Below are positions 20,271 to 29,393 of a DNA stretch of 64,000 bases, in pieces. The stretch lies in NCBI GenBank assembly GCA_004557975.1, contig SFEV01000007.1:2514-66513 (forward strand). Direction: 5' to 3'. Each line of letters opens with the position of its first letter. Position 1 is the stretch's first letter. Made by a program: the position numbers and the translations under genes. This stretch comes from Lachnospiraceae bacterium. Lineage in GTDB: Bacteria; Bacillota; Clostridia; Lachnospirales; Lachnospiraceae. The notes beneath the pieces were generated by a model. It had not been told where the DNA came from and did no database searches. It saw nothing but the letters and a program-made list of their open reading frames with translations.

Positions 20271-21470
20271 TTATTCTTCCCTGCACTTCAGAATATCATT
20301 GTAGAACTCGTTCATCTCCTTGCGGGATTTGAAGACGGCCACATACATCTGATTTCCCATGGCTCCTGAGAGAACATCCGGGACACGTTCCATCATTTTG
20401 ATGTGGATGCCGTATTTTTCCTTGATATCTGCGTGGCTCATGGTGAAATCCTTGCCGTCACGTCTTCCTGCAAACGCACAGTATGCGCCTTCTCCCACAG
20501 GCATGGTGGAACGGTCAAAGGCGATCATATCCGCCCAGATTTTGTAAACGTCGGTGCTGTGCGCAAAGTCGATCATATCCGGTGTCACGCCGCCGCTGGG
20601 ACGCATATTGACCTCCAGAGCCACCAGATCGCCCTTCTTGCCGAGACCTTCCTGATCCTTCAGCAGGCGGAAAAACTCAAAGTGTACGAAGCGGCTCTTT
20701 ACGCCGAAGCTTCTGACAGTAGCACGTCCGGCTGCACGTGTATCATCCGGAAGATCCTTCAGAATATAAAAGATGGAATTGTCAGATTTGTTTACGATAT
20801 CCATGATAGACATGGGAGTAATGTTTCCGGTCTCAAACATGGGCTGACCGTTGGAGTCGATAATGGCATCGTAGGAGTTGACCTCACCGTTTACGAACTC
20901 CTCCATGATGTAGGGAGTGTCCGGCCATTTCAGTTCAAAGAACTGCTTCATCTGGGCATCGTCTTCAATCTTGAAGGTGTGGGAAGCTCCGACACCGTTG
21001 TCCGGCTTTGCGACTACCGGATAGCCGACCTCCTTCACAAAAGAAAGGCAGCCTTCCATGGTGTCCACCATGTGGTACCGAGCCACCGGGATTCCGGCTT
21101 TTCTGTAAAATTCTTTCATGCGGGATTTGAATTTGATATTCGGAATATCGGCTACCTGGAAACCGCTGGTGATGTTAAAGTCTGTACGGAGTCTGGCATC
21201 GCGCTCCAGCCAGTATTCGTTATTGGACTCCAGCCAGTCAATTCTGCCGTGTTTGTAGGTCAGGAAAGCAACTGCGCGATATACCTCGTCATCATTCTCA
21301 AGATTGCTGACCTTGTAATACTCGTTAAGACTGTTCTTCAGATCTTCACTCAGCTCGTTGTACGGCTGATCTCCGATGCCAAGTACATTGAGACCGTTTT
21401 TTTTCAGCTCACGGCAGAACAGCCAGTAGTTAGCAGGAAAATTCGGTGAGATAAAGATAAAATTTTTCAT
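20271..21470 (-). CDS. ATP-grasp domain protein of unknown substrate
   Basis: Motifs FISPNFP, KSRMK, PVVAKPDNGVGA, MEEFV.G, HFEFF and EVNMRP. Confidence 0.85.
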   Translation of the reverse strand: MKNFIFISPNFPANYWLFCRELKKNGLNVLGIGDQPYNELSEDLKNSLNEYYKVSNLENDDEVYRAVAFLTYKHGRIDWLESNNEYWLERDARLRTDFNITSGFQVADIPNIKFKSRMKEFYRKAGIPVARYHMVDTMEGCLSFVKEVGYPVVAKPDNGVGASHTFKIEDDAQMKQFFELKWPDTPYIMEEFVNGEVNSYDAIIDSNGQPMFETGNITPMSIMDIVNKSDNSIFYILKDLPDDTRAAGRATVRSFGVKSRFVHFEFFRLLKDQEGLGKKGDLVALEVNMRPSGGVTPDMIDFAHSTDVYKIWADMIAFDRSTMPVGEGAYCAFAGRRDGKDFTMSHADIKEKYGIHIKMMERVPDVLSGAMGNQMYVAVFKSRKEMNEFYNDILKCREE

Positions 21471-21494
21471 TGTTCCTCCCTCTTTCTTTTGTAA

Positions 21495-22253
21495 TTAGTT
21501 GAGACCTAACAGATATGGTACAAAATACTCCACCTGGCGGTGCCACCAGTACCAGTCGTGGCTGCAGTCATAGCCCCAGTAATCAACCCATGCCTGAATT
21601 CCCTTCTCCGTAAGAATGGACTGGAGCCATCTGACGGAGTCCGGAAGTTCCCAGGGTCCCTGTCCGGTACAGATAATGGCTTTTTTCAGGTTGTAGAGCG
21701 GAATATATGGGTGATCTGTCCCCATATTGGACAGATAGTGGACAGGGGAATTTGCATATACGAGATCGTCCATGTAATTGCCGAAGCCATACTCTGCAGT
21801 ATAAATACCGCTGAGAGCCAGAAGTCCGTCAAACAGGTCAGGACGGCGAAAGTAGAGATTGGCCGCATGGGTTGCCCCCAGGCTGCAGCCGAAAACTGTG
21901 ATGCCGGGGTAGCCGGTCCAGCCGTTGCGGTCATTGGCGAACTGTCTCAGAAAAGGAACCACTTCGTCGGTGATATATCTGATCCACTGCTCGTGACGGC
22001 AGATTCTGGAGCGTGGATTGCCGTTTGTATCAGACCAGGTCTCTTTATCCAGCGTATCGATGGAGCAGACCATGACCTGACCTGATTCGATCCAGGGAGA
22101 CCAGGTTTCTGCCATGTGAAAATTTTCAAAGTCGAAAAAACGTCCGTCCTGACACGGAATGAAGAGAACGGGACGGCCTGCATGGCCGTAAATTTTGCAT
22201 TCCATATCGCGGCCAAGTGCCGGGCTGTATTGTTTATAATAATTTGTTTCCAT
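21495..22253 (-). CDS. esterase family protein (alpha/beta hydrolase)
   Basis: YGHAGRP; nucleophile elbow GCSLGA; GQGPWE; HDWYWW. Confidence 0.85.
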   Translation of the reverse strand: METNYYKQYSPALGRDMECKIYGHAGRPVLFIPCQDGRFFDFENFHMAETWSPWIESGQVMVCSIDTLDKETWSDTNGNPRSRICRHEQWIRYITDEVVPFLRQFANDRNGWTGYPGITVFGCSLGATHAANLYFRRPDLFDGLLALSGIYTAEYGFGNYMDDLVYANSPVHYLSNMGTDHPYIPLYNLKKAIICTGQGPWELPDSVRWLQSILTEKGIQAWVDYWGYDCSHDWYWWHRQVEYFVPYLLGLN

Positions 22254-22367
22254 ATTTCCTCCACTGCCACACTCTGCGCGGCATCAATTATATATTTCAG
22301 GCTGTTGCCTCCGGCAGATACCAGATGAAGGTCTGCGAAAAAAGTCTGTCAGAGAGTAAATCCTGTG

Positions 22368-23129
22368 TTACGCATAAGTCAGCAGACTCATGAAGAAGGG
22401 AAGCTGTTTTTCCCAGCTTGCTTCACAGTGGGTCCCCCCCGGGACGATACGGCTGTCCACCAGAATCCCCTTATCCATCAGAAGAGAGGTGATGCGGGCA
22501 AACTGATGCCGGATATTTTTGTGATTGTCCATTTCCAGTTCTCCGTAATCCATATACAGAAAAGTATCCGGAAGCAGGTCGGCATTGCGTATCATCTGCT
22601 CCAGCTTCCTGGGAGCCACCCACAGAGAAGGTGAGAGAGCAGCACCGCGTGAAAAATACTGCGGGTATTCCAGGATGGCATACACAGTCATCAGGCCGCC
22701 CATGGAGCTGCCTGCGATAAAAGTATGTTCCCGATCCGGCAGCGTGCGGTAGCGGCGGTCGATCTCCGGCTTAAAAGTTTGGACAAACCAGTCCATGGTG
22801 AGCTTTCCGCGTGCATCGATACTGCCGATTCCAGACTCGGAAAACGGGAAAGGCGTGTACTCTTTCAGTCTCCCGTGGTCAGGGCTGTGATTGCACTCTA
22901 CGGCCGCAATGATCATCTGTGTCTCAGTGCTGTCCATGTATTCTTTCATGCCCCAGCATTTGCCGTATGTGGCATCGGAGTCAAAAAAGATATTATGCCC
23001 GTCAAACATATAGAGAACAGGATACTGTGTATCAGGGCAATGTATGTAGGATTCCGGGAGATAGACGTAGACGCCGCGCTCTTCATCGCCTGTCAGCTCC
23101 GGAATGGTAATCTTCCATTTTTGTACCAT
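22368..23129 (-). CDS. putative esterase (alpha/beta hydrolase)
   Basis: YPVLYMFDGHN, GSSMGG elbow, HCEASW; GGAGG SD before the start at 23129. Confidence 0.87.
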   Translation of the reverse strand: MVQKWKITIPELTGDEERGVYVYLPESYIHCPDTQYPVLYMFDGHNIFFDSDATYGKCWGMKEYMDSTETQMIIAAVECNHSPDHGRLKEYTPFPFSESGIGSIDARGKLTMDWFVQTFKPEIDRRYRTLPDREHTFIAGSSMGGLMTVYAILEYPQYFSRGAALSPSLWVAPRKLEQMIRNADLLPDTFLYMDYGELEMDNHKNIRHQFARITSLLMDKGILVDSRIVPGGTHCEASWEKQLPFFMSLLTYA

Positions 23130-23187
23130 GGTACCTCCCATCTGCGCATTATGTGAGCTTCGAAAGTATGAATAAATTTTTCAGGTA

Positions 23188-23216
23188 AACTATAGCACGA
23201 GACTAGGAAAATGGCA
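23188..23216 (-). promoter_or_regulatory. sigma-A-type promoter for the esterase/ATP-grasp operon
   Basis: Minus strand reads TTGCCA-17 nt-TATAGT. Confidence 0.6.
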
Positions 23217-23368
23217 ATCGGGAATTAGTTCGAAAAATCAGCTGAAATGTCAGTATATGGATGATATATTGCCGAAGAATTTTGCGAAATATTCCTGGAA
23301 ATAATGCTCTTCAAAGAAAATAATACTATTATTGTGAGAATATTCAGCGGCTGAATAAAAAAAGCTTC

Positions 23369-23545
23369 TTGAAAAAAATCTGAAAAAATGTTAGGATAAA
23401 TGCAAAACTGAGCAGCAGAAAGCGTAAGTCCAAGTATCCGGGCCTGCGCTTTTTCTGTTTTACAGAGCAGACAATTAAGTGTGTAGCCGGAATGGCATAA
23501 ATCCAGCTTCGGTTGTACACTTTTTGTCTGTTTTTTATTTGGAGG
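23369..23545 (+). promoter_or_regulatory. promoter plus leader with two tandem terminator-like hairpins
   Basis: TTGAAA-17-TAGGAT with a TG extension; hairpins at about 23415-23461 and 23466-23536, each followed by a T tract; then SD GGAGGTG. Confidence 0.6.
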
Positions 23546-23551
23546 TGATTT

Positions 23552-23764
23552 ATGGCAAACCATGAAATGAAAATCCGCGTTATGAAAACCGTGTCTGAAG
23601 GGACGATGGAGATCATACGCAGACGGGTACGTACGGACAGCGCGAACGGACTGTCCCGGAAAAATGCAGCTCTCGCCCTTGTGCACGGGGACGTATGCGA
23701 CATGATATACGCCAGTGACCTGGCGCAGAAAACGGCTGCTCTCTTGCCGTGCTCGGCATTGTAA
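23552..23764 (+). pseudogene. 5' fragment of a probable BMC-domain (microcompartment shell-like) gene
   Basis: Strong SD; MKIRVMKTVSEGTMEIIRRR...ALALVHGDVCDMIYASDLAQKTA resembles, from memory, short clostridial BMC-domain proteins; similarity stops abruptly near 23740. Confidence 0.5.
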
Positions 23765-24288
23765 TGATATTTTTCCAGATCGCCATCTCCATTGCAGTCG
23801 GCATGGCAGCAGGCTGCATCCCGGTTGTGGGCTACAATATCGGAGCAAAGAGGAAAGACAGAGCAAAGACACTGTTCACATATCTGCTGATTGCAGAGGC
23901 GGCGGTGGGAGCCGTGGCATTTTTGATTGTAGAGCTGCTTCCGCATCAGCTCATCGGTATCTTTGGTGCATCAAATGAGAGCGCCTACTATACAGCTTTC
24001 GCTGTGAAATGTTTCCGTACGTACCTTTGTATGATGATACTTGCAACGGTGAATAAAGGTACGTTTATTTATCTGCAGGCGATGGGGAAGGCTGTGGAAT
24101 CCATGCTGATCTCCATGATGAGGGAAATTGTGTTCGGCGTTTTGCTGCCGATTATCCTTCCGCGCATGTTCGGGCTGGACGGACTGCTCTATTCTTTCCC
24201 GGTGGCGGATATTCTGACCTTTGTGATCGCCGTTATAGTCATCCGGCGCACGTACAGGGAGCTTTCCATACCGGATACCAGAAGTTGA
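23743..24288 (+). pseudogene. C-terminal half of a MATE efflux transporter
   Basis: LAVLGIVM.FFQ...GCIPVVGYNIGA...YLQAMGKA is the MATE second repeat; in-frame stop at 23716 upstream, no SD, N-terminal half absent. Confidence 0.75.
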
Positions 24289-24306
24289 GAAGAAAGGAGA
24301 TAAAAA

Positions 24307-24891
24307 ATGGGCAACAGGATTATAACAATAAGCAGAGAATTTGGCAGCGGGGGGAGAACGATCGGAAGAGAGACGGCACAAAAACTGGGTATCCCCTGCT
24401 ATGACGAAGCGATTATTGAGAAGATCGCAGAGGAGAGCGGATTCTCCAGAGAATATATTAAAGAAAGAGGAGAATATACACCTTCTGCAAGCTGGATCGG
24501 CAATGCGCTGGCAGGACGTGATTTTAACGGCTATTCTCCCTCTGACCAGCTCTGGACGGTACAGAGCAATATCATAACGGAACTGGCACGGAAATCCTCC
24601 TGCGTGATCGTGGGAAGATGTACTGACTATGTTCTGAAGGATAAGGCGGATTGCCTGACTGTCTTTATTCATGCTTCCATGGAAAAACGTGCGGAGCGTA
24701 TTGTGAGGGTTTACGGTGAGAGCAATGAGACACCGCAGAAGCGTCTGAAGGACAAGGATAAGCGTCGCAGGGCATACTATCAGATGTATACGGACACAGA
24801 ATGGGGAATTGCGCGAAATTATCATATAGCCCTTGACAGCGGTGTTCTCGGAATTGAGAAATGTGTGGAGATTATATTCGGTCTGTATTAA
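24307..24891 (+). CDS. cytidylate kinase-like family protein
   Basis: Motifs IITISREFGSGG, CVIVGRC.DYVL and DKRRRAYY. Confidence 0.88.
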   Translation: MGNRIITISREFGSGGRTIGRETAQKLGIPCYDEAIIEKIAEESGFSREYIKERGEYTPSASWIGNALAGRDFNGYSPSDQLWTVQSNIITELARKSSCVIVGRCTDYVLKDKADCLTVFIHASMEKRAERIVRVYGESNETPQKRLKDKDKRRRAYYQMYTDTEWGIARNYHIALDSGVLGIEKCVEIIFGLY

Positions 24892-24925
24892 GCGGATATT
24901 CACAATCCGCTTCGCTACTTGCTCA

Positions 24926-25047
24926 TAACCGAATAACCGCTTCGCAGTTTATCAGATGGGGTTTGTACCCCACCTGATACAAGCAAGTCCCCACCTGCCA
25001 TATAATGCTCTACGCATTTGAAGTGGGGGACTTACTTGATTCGGTTA
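24926..25047. mobile_element. 122-bp miniature palindromic element (MITE/PATE-like) with 9-bp terminal inverted repeats
   Basis: Starts TAACCGAAT and ends ATTCGGTTA; two internal hairpins; its 32-bp right end recurs inverted at 32922-32953. Confidence 0.6.
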
Positions 25048-25168
25048 AGATTCTGTGAACGGAGGGAACAGTAACACAGTGAAAAAACAGAAATAAGTAA
25101 TGATCTGGACAGAAAAACCATACAGGAGTATAATAGTATATCATAGTCAGGAAAGAGGATGAAAGAAA

Positions 25169-25948
25169 ATGACTGAGGTATTATGTGCCATACTGCTTCC
25201 GTTTGTTGGGACGGCGGCCGGAGCTGCCTGTGTGTTTTTCATGAAAGATGCGATGAACCGACAGATACAGAGGGCGCTGACTGGCTTTGCGGCAGGCGTC
25301 ATGGTCGCAGCTTCTATCTGGAGTCTGATCATCCCTGCCATGGAGCAGTCGGAGCATATGGGGAAATTGTCATTCCTGCCATCATTCATCGGTGTGTGGG
25401 GTGGTTTTCTGCTTTTGCTTCTGCTGGATCATCTGATTCCGCATCTGCATATGAACAGCCACTGCCCGGAAGGTACGCACTGCAATCTTGGAAAATCTAC
25501 CATGATGATTCTTGCTGTTGCTCTGCATAATTTTCCGGAGGGAATGGCTGTAGGTGTGGTGGCCGCAGGATGGCTGGCAGCAAATGATGGGATTACGGCG
25601 GCAGCTGCACTGGTGCTGTCACTGGGAATTGCCATACAGAACGTGCCGGAGGGAGCAATTATATCCATGCCCCTTTGCAGCAGCGGTTTTGGCCGCAGCC
25701 GTGCTTTTGTCTATGGTGTCCTTTCAGGTGTTGTGGAGCCCATTGGAGCGGTACTTACGATCCTTCTGGCAAAGCTGGCAATACCGGCTCTGCCGTATCT
25801 TCTCAGTTTTGCGGCAGGCGCCATGCTTTACGTGGTTGTGGAGGAGCTGATCCCTGAAATGTCTGAAGGGGAGCATTCCAATATCGGAACAGTTTCCTTT
25901 GCGGTCGGATTTACTGTGATGATGGTGCTGGATGTCGTTCTGGGCTGA
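25169..25948 (+). CDS. ZIP family metal transporter
   Basis: Motifs GFAAGVM, HLIPHLH, LHNFPEG, IQNVPEG and AAGAMLYVVVEELIPE. Confidence 0.93.
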   Translation: MTEVLCAILLPFVGTAAGAACVFFMKDAMNRQIQRALTGFAAGVMVAASIWSLIIPAMEQSEHMGKLSFLPSFIGVWGGFLLLLLLDHLIPHLHMNSHCPEGTHCNLGKSTMMILAVALHNFPEGMAVGVVAAGWLAANDGITAAAALVLSLGIAIQNVPEGAIISMPLCSSGFGRSRAFVYGVLSGVVEPIGAVLTILLAKLAIPALPYLLSFAAGAMLYVVVEELIPEMSEGEHSNIGTVSFAVGFTVMMVLDVVLG

Positions 25949-26029
25949 CCCGGATCTGGCAGAAATAATGCGGACAGCAGCATAATACAAAACAAAGCAA
26001 TACAATTGAATGAAAGTGAGGATAAGAAA

Positions 26030-26695
26030 ATGGAAAAGTGGAAATGTTCAGTTTGTGGTTACGTTCATGAGGGCTCTCTGCCGGAGGATTTCAAATGTCC
26101 CGTATGCAAGCAGCCGGCAACAGCATTCGTGAAGGAAGAAGCACCTGTTGCACCGGCAGCGAACCGTTATGCAGGTACCAAGACAGAGAAGAATCTCTGG
26201 GAGGCATTTGCAGGGGAGTCACAGGCACGCAATAAATATACATATTTTGCTTCCGTGGCGAAAAAAGCTGGTTACGAGCAGATCGCAGCTCTGTTCCTGA
26301 AGACAGCGGAGAATGAGAAGGAGCATGCAAAGCTGTGGTTTAAAGCTCTTGGTGAACTGGGTGATACGGCTGAGAATCTGCTTCACGCTGCTGAGGGAGA
26401 GAATTACGAGTGGACAGATATGTATGACCGTATGGCAAAGGATGCTGACGAGGAAGGCTTCCATGATCTGGCAGAGCAGTTCCGCGGTGTGGCTGCCATT
26501 GAAAAAGCTCATGAGGAGCGCTATCGCGCACTGCTGCACAATGTGGAGACCGCACAGGTATTTGCAAAGAGCGGAGTGACCATGTGGGAGTGCCGCAACT
26601 GCGGTCATCTCGTTGTGGGTACGAGTGCTCCGGAAATCTGCCCGGTATGCAACCATCCGCAGAGCTTCTTCGAGGTACGTCAGGAGAACTATTAA
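26030..26695 (+). CDS. rubrerythrin with N- and C-terminal rubredoxin-like domains
   Basis: [28 protein letters not shown] diiron motifs; CRNC..CPVC. Confidence 0.92.
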   Translation: MEKWKCSVCGYVHEGSLPEDFKCPVCKQPATAFVKEEAPVAPAANRYAGTKTEKNLWEAFAGESQARNKYTYFASVAKKAGYEQIAALFLKTAENEKEHAKLWFKALGELGDTAENLLHAAEGENYEWTDMYDRMAKDADEEGFHDLAEQFRGVAAIEKAHEERYRALLHNVETAQVFAKSGVTMWECRNCGHLVVGTSAPEICPVCNHPQSFFEVRQENY

Positions 26696-26719
26696 GTATC
26701 ATTTTAAAATTTCGAAAAT

Positions 26720-26764
26720 GGAAGGGCTGTCTCTGTATCCGGCGGAGGCAGCCTTTTCCTTTTT
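26720..26764 (+). terminator. intrinsic terminator after rubrerythrin
   Basis: GGAAGGGCTGTCTCTG...GGAGGCAGCCTTTTCC followed by TTTTT. Confidence 0.7.
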
Positions 26765-26867
26765 GTGTGGATACTCTTTCGCAAAGGAAAAGAAAGGGTG
26801 GGATTTGAAGCGGAAATCTGTTATACTATACAGGAATTTGCGATAAACAGCTTAAAAGGAGATTATT

Positions 26868-28070
26868 ATGCTGAAGGGAAAGACTGTGATTCTCGGCGTG
26901 ACTGGCAGCATTGCCGCATATAAGGCGGCGAATCTTGCCAGCCTGCTCAAAAAGCAGCACGCCGATGTCCATGTGATTATGACAAAAAATGCGATGCAGT
27001 TTATTACGCCGGTGACATTCGAGACGCTGACAGGAAATAAATGTCTGACAGACACCTTTGACCGGAATTTTCAGTTCCATGTAGAGCATGTGGAGCTGGG
27101 AAAGCGGGCGGATCTGGCGCTGGTGGCCCCGGCGACTGCTAATGTGATGGCGAAGCTGGCACACGGCATAGCAGACGATATGCTGACTACGACTCTGCTG
27201 GCGTGCCGATGCCCGAAACTGATTGCCCCTGCGATGAATACACGGATGTATGAAAATCCGGTTACACAGGACAATATGGAGCTTCTGAAAAAATACGGCT
27301 GGGATTTGATTGAGCCTTCCTGCGGACACCTGGCGTGCGGAGATACAGGAAAAGGGAAATTTCCGGAAGAGAAAATTCTTGTGGAGCATGTGCAAAATGC
27401 AATTGCGCGGCCCAGAGATATGGAAGGGCTTAAGGTTCTGGTGACGGCAGGGCCTACGATGGAAGCCATCGATCCGGTTCGTTTTATTACCAACCATTCA
27501 ACGGGGAAAATGGGTTATGCCATTGCCAGAGTCTGCTGCCAGAGGGGCGCTGATGTGATGCTTGTGAGCGGCCGAACGAATCTTGACGTACCTGTCGGTG
27601 TGACAGTGATTCCGGTGAAGAGCGCACAGGATATGTTCGAGGCTGTGACTTCCTGCTCAGGAGAGCAGGATATGATCATCAAGGCTGCAGCGGTGGCAGA
27701 TTACCGCCCGTCAGCCCCGGCTGATCAGAAACTGAAAAAGACAGACGGTGATATGAGTATTGCTCTGGAGCGTACACAGGATATTCTGGCGTATCTCGGA
27801 GCACACAAGAAGGACAAGCAGGTGCTCTGCGGATTTGCAATGGAAACGGAACAGATGGTGGAGCATGCGAAGGAAAAGCTTAAGAGAAAGAATCTTGACC
27901 TGATTGCTGCGAATAATGTAAAAGTGGCAGGGGCGGGATTTGGCACAGACACGAATGTGGTGACGCTGATTACACAGCAGGATATGAGAGAGCTGGAAAT
28001 CATGAGCAAGGAGGATGTCGCCAATACGCTGGTGGATGAGCTGATGGAGCTTCGCAGAAGGAAATTGTGA
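26868..28070 (+). CDS. coaBC: phosphopantothenoylcysteine decarboxylase/ligase
   Basis: Motifs GVTGSIAAYK, APATAN, PAMN, TAGPT.EAIDPVRFITNHSTGKMG and AAVADY. Confidence 0.96.
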   Translation: MLKGKTVILGVTGSIAAYKAANLASLLKKQHADVHVIMTKNAMQFITPVTFETLTGNKCLTDTFDRNFQFHVEHVELGKRADLALVAPATANVMAKLAHGIADDMLTTTLLACRCPKLIAPAMNTRMYENPVTQDNMELLKKYGWDLIEPSCGHLACGDTGKGKFPEEKILVEHVQNAIARPRDMEGLKVLVTAGPTMEAIDPVRFITNHSTGKMGYAIARVCCQRGADVMLVSGRTNLDVPVGVTVIPVKSAQDMFEAVTSCSGEQDMIIKAAAVADYRPSAPADQKLKKTDGDMSIALERTQDILAYLGAHKKDKQVLCGFAMETEQMVEHAKEKLKRKNLDLIAANNVKVAGAGFGTDTNVVTLITQQDMRELEIMSKEDVANTLVDELMELRRRKL

Positions 28071-28149
28071 GAAGACAGAACGGTATTCAGAAGGGGCAAC
28101 TGTTCAGACTGTGAGGATACTGAACAGTTGTCAGAAAGGACGGAATAAT

Positions 28150-28377
28150 ATGAAGTGTTACGAGACCGTGTGGGAAATTTTTAATAAGTGTGCAAACAAC
28201 CAGATGCGTGACGTGTTTATTGAAGAGCTGGAGATTGAGGACATTGACGCTTTTCTGCAGGAAAAATTTAGAGGAAAGGAAGTTTCCTTTGAGAAAACGG
28301 TAAAACCGGACGGTACAATCATTTATGACATCATCGCTTCCGGGATCAGGGAGCGCTATTCATTTACAGAGATTTAG
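28150..28377 (+). CDS. small acidic hypothetical protein (75 aa)
   Basis: SD AAGGA before the ATG; coding-like composition; sits directly upstream of the AAA+/vWA pair. Confidence 0.7.
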   Translation: MKCYETVWEIFNKCANNQMRDVFIEELEIEDIDAFLQEKFRGKEVSFEKTVKPDGTIIYDIIASGIRERYSFTEI

Positions 28378-28449
28378 ACTGTATGGAAATGATTTCCCAG
28401 CAGAGATAAAGAAGAGATGATCCGCTACGGATCAGGAAAGGATTACGAC

Positions 28450-29373
28450 ATGGACAGTATCATCCGGGCCCTTGAGGCTCAGAATATCAGCGGAGCGCTT
28501 CTGCGGGATATTGCTGTATTTCGTGACAGCCATCCGGTGGAGGAAAAACTGAGAGGGCGTATAGTAAAGCCAATGTTGCCCTTTTACGGAAAGGAAACTT
28601 TTGAGATGGCAGCGTATGCGCTGCTCCAGGGAGAAAATATTCTGCTGACCGGTACGAAGGCAACTGGAAAAAACATTCTCGCAGAGAATCTGGCTTATGT
28701 TTTCGGAAGGCCGTCATACAATATATCGTTCCATGTAAATATGGACAGCAGCGCACTGATCGGGACGGATACGTTCCGCAACAATGAAGTGCAGCTGCGC
28801 ACGGGGCCGGTGTATGAGTGTGCAGTCGGAGGCGGCTTCGGCATTTTTGATGAGATTAATATGGCAAAAAATGATGCGGTTTCCGTACTTCATGCAACAC
28901 TGGATTACAGAAGGATTCTTGATGTGCCGGGCTATGAAAAGATTGTACTTCACGATGCGGCGCGGTTTATCGGCACGATGAATTACGGCTACGCCGGGAC
29001 AAGGGAACTGAACGAGGCTCTTGTCTCCCGTTTTCTCGTCATCGAGATGATGGCTGTGACAGAAGACACCCTGCGTCATATCCTGAACGATCTTTTCCCG
29101 GATTTTAAAGAGGAAGGGCTAAAGCAGATCTGTGGTCTGTTTCTCGATCTTCAGACGAAAGCGGACAACAATGAGATATCGACGAAGCCGCTTGATCTGC
29201 GAGGCCTGATCGGAGCGCTGAAAACGGTGCGTGCCGGACTGGCTCCGCGTCCTGCAATCCGAATGGGGATCGTAAATAAGAGTTTTGATCTCTTTGAGCG
29301 GGAGCTGGTGGAGGACATTGTGATGACAAGGATTCCGGAGGCGTGGACGCCGGCGGATATTTTTCAGGGCTGA
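28450..29373 (+). CDS. MoxR-type (CbbQ/NirQ/NorQ-like) AAA+ ATPase
   Basis: Walker A variant GTKATGKN, Walker B IFDEIN, TMNYGYAGTRELNEALVSRF. Confidence 0.85.
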   Translation: MDSIIRALEAQNISGALLRDIAVFRDSHPVEEKLRGRIVKPMLPFYGKETFEMAAYALLQGENILLTGTKATGKNILAENLAYVFGRPSYNISFHVNMDSSALIGTDTFRNNEVQLRTGPVYECAVGGGFGIFDEINMAKNDAVSVLHATLDYRRILDVPGYEKIVLHDAARFIGTMNYGYAGTRELNEALVSRFLVIEMMAVTEDTLRHILNDLFPDFKEEGLKQICGLFLDLQTKADNNEISTKPLDLRGLIGALKTVRAGLAPRPAIRMGIVNKSFDLFERELVEDIVMTRIPEAWTPADIFQG

Positions 29374-29393
29374 TACAGGCAAGAGGTGATTAT

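Noticed and set aside
23225..23946. Minus-strand ORFs of 200-215 aa and the 310-aa ORF at 23971-24903
   Set aside because: They overlap the leader, MATE fragment and kinase-like gene on the opposite strand, with no protein-like features
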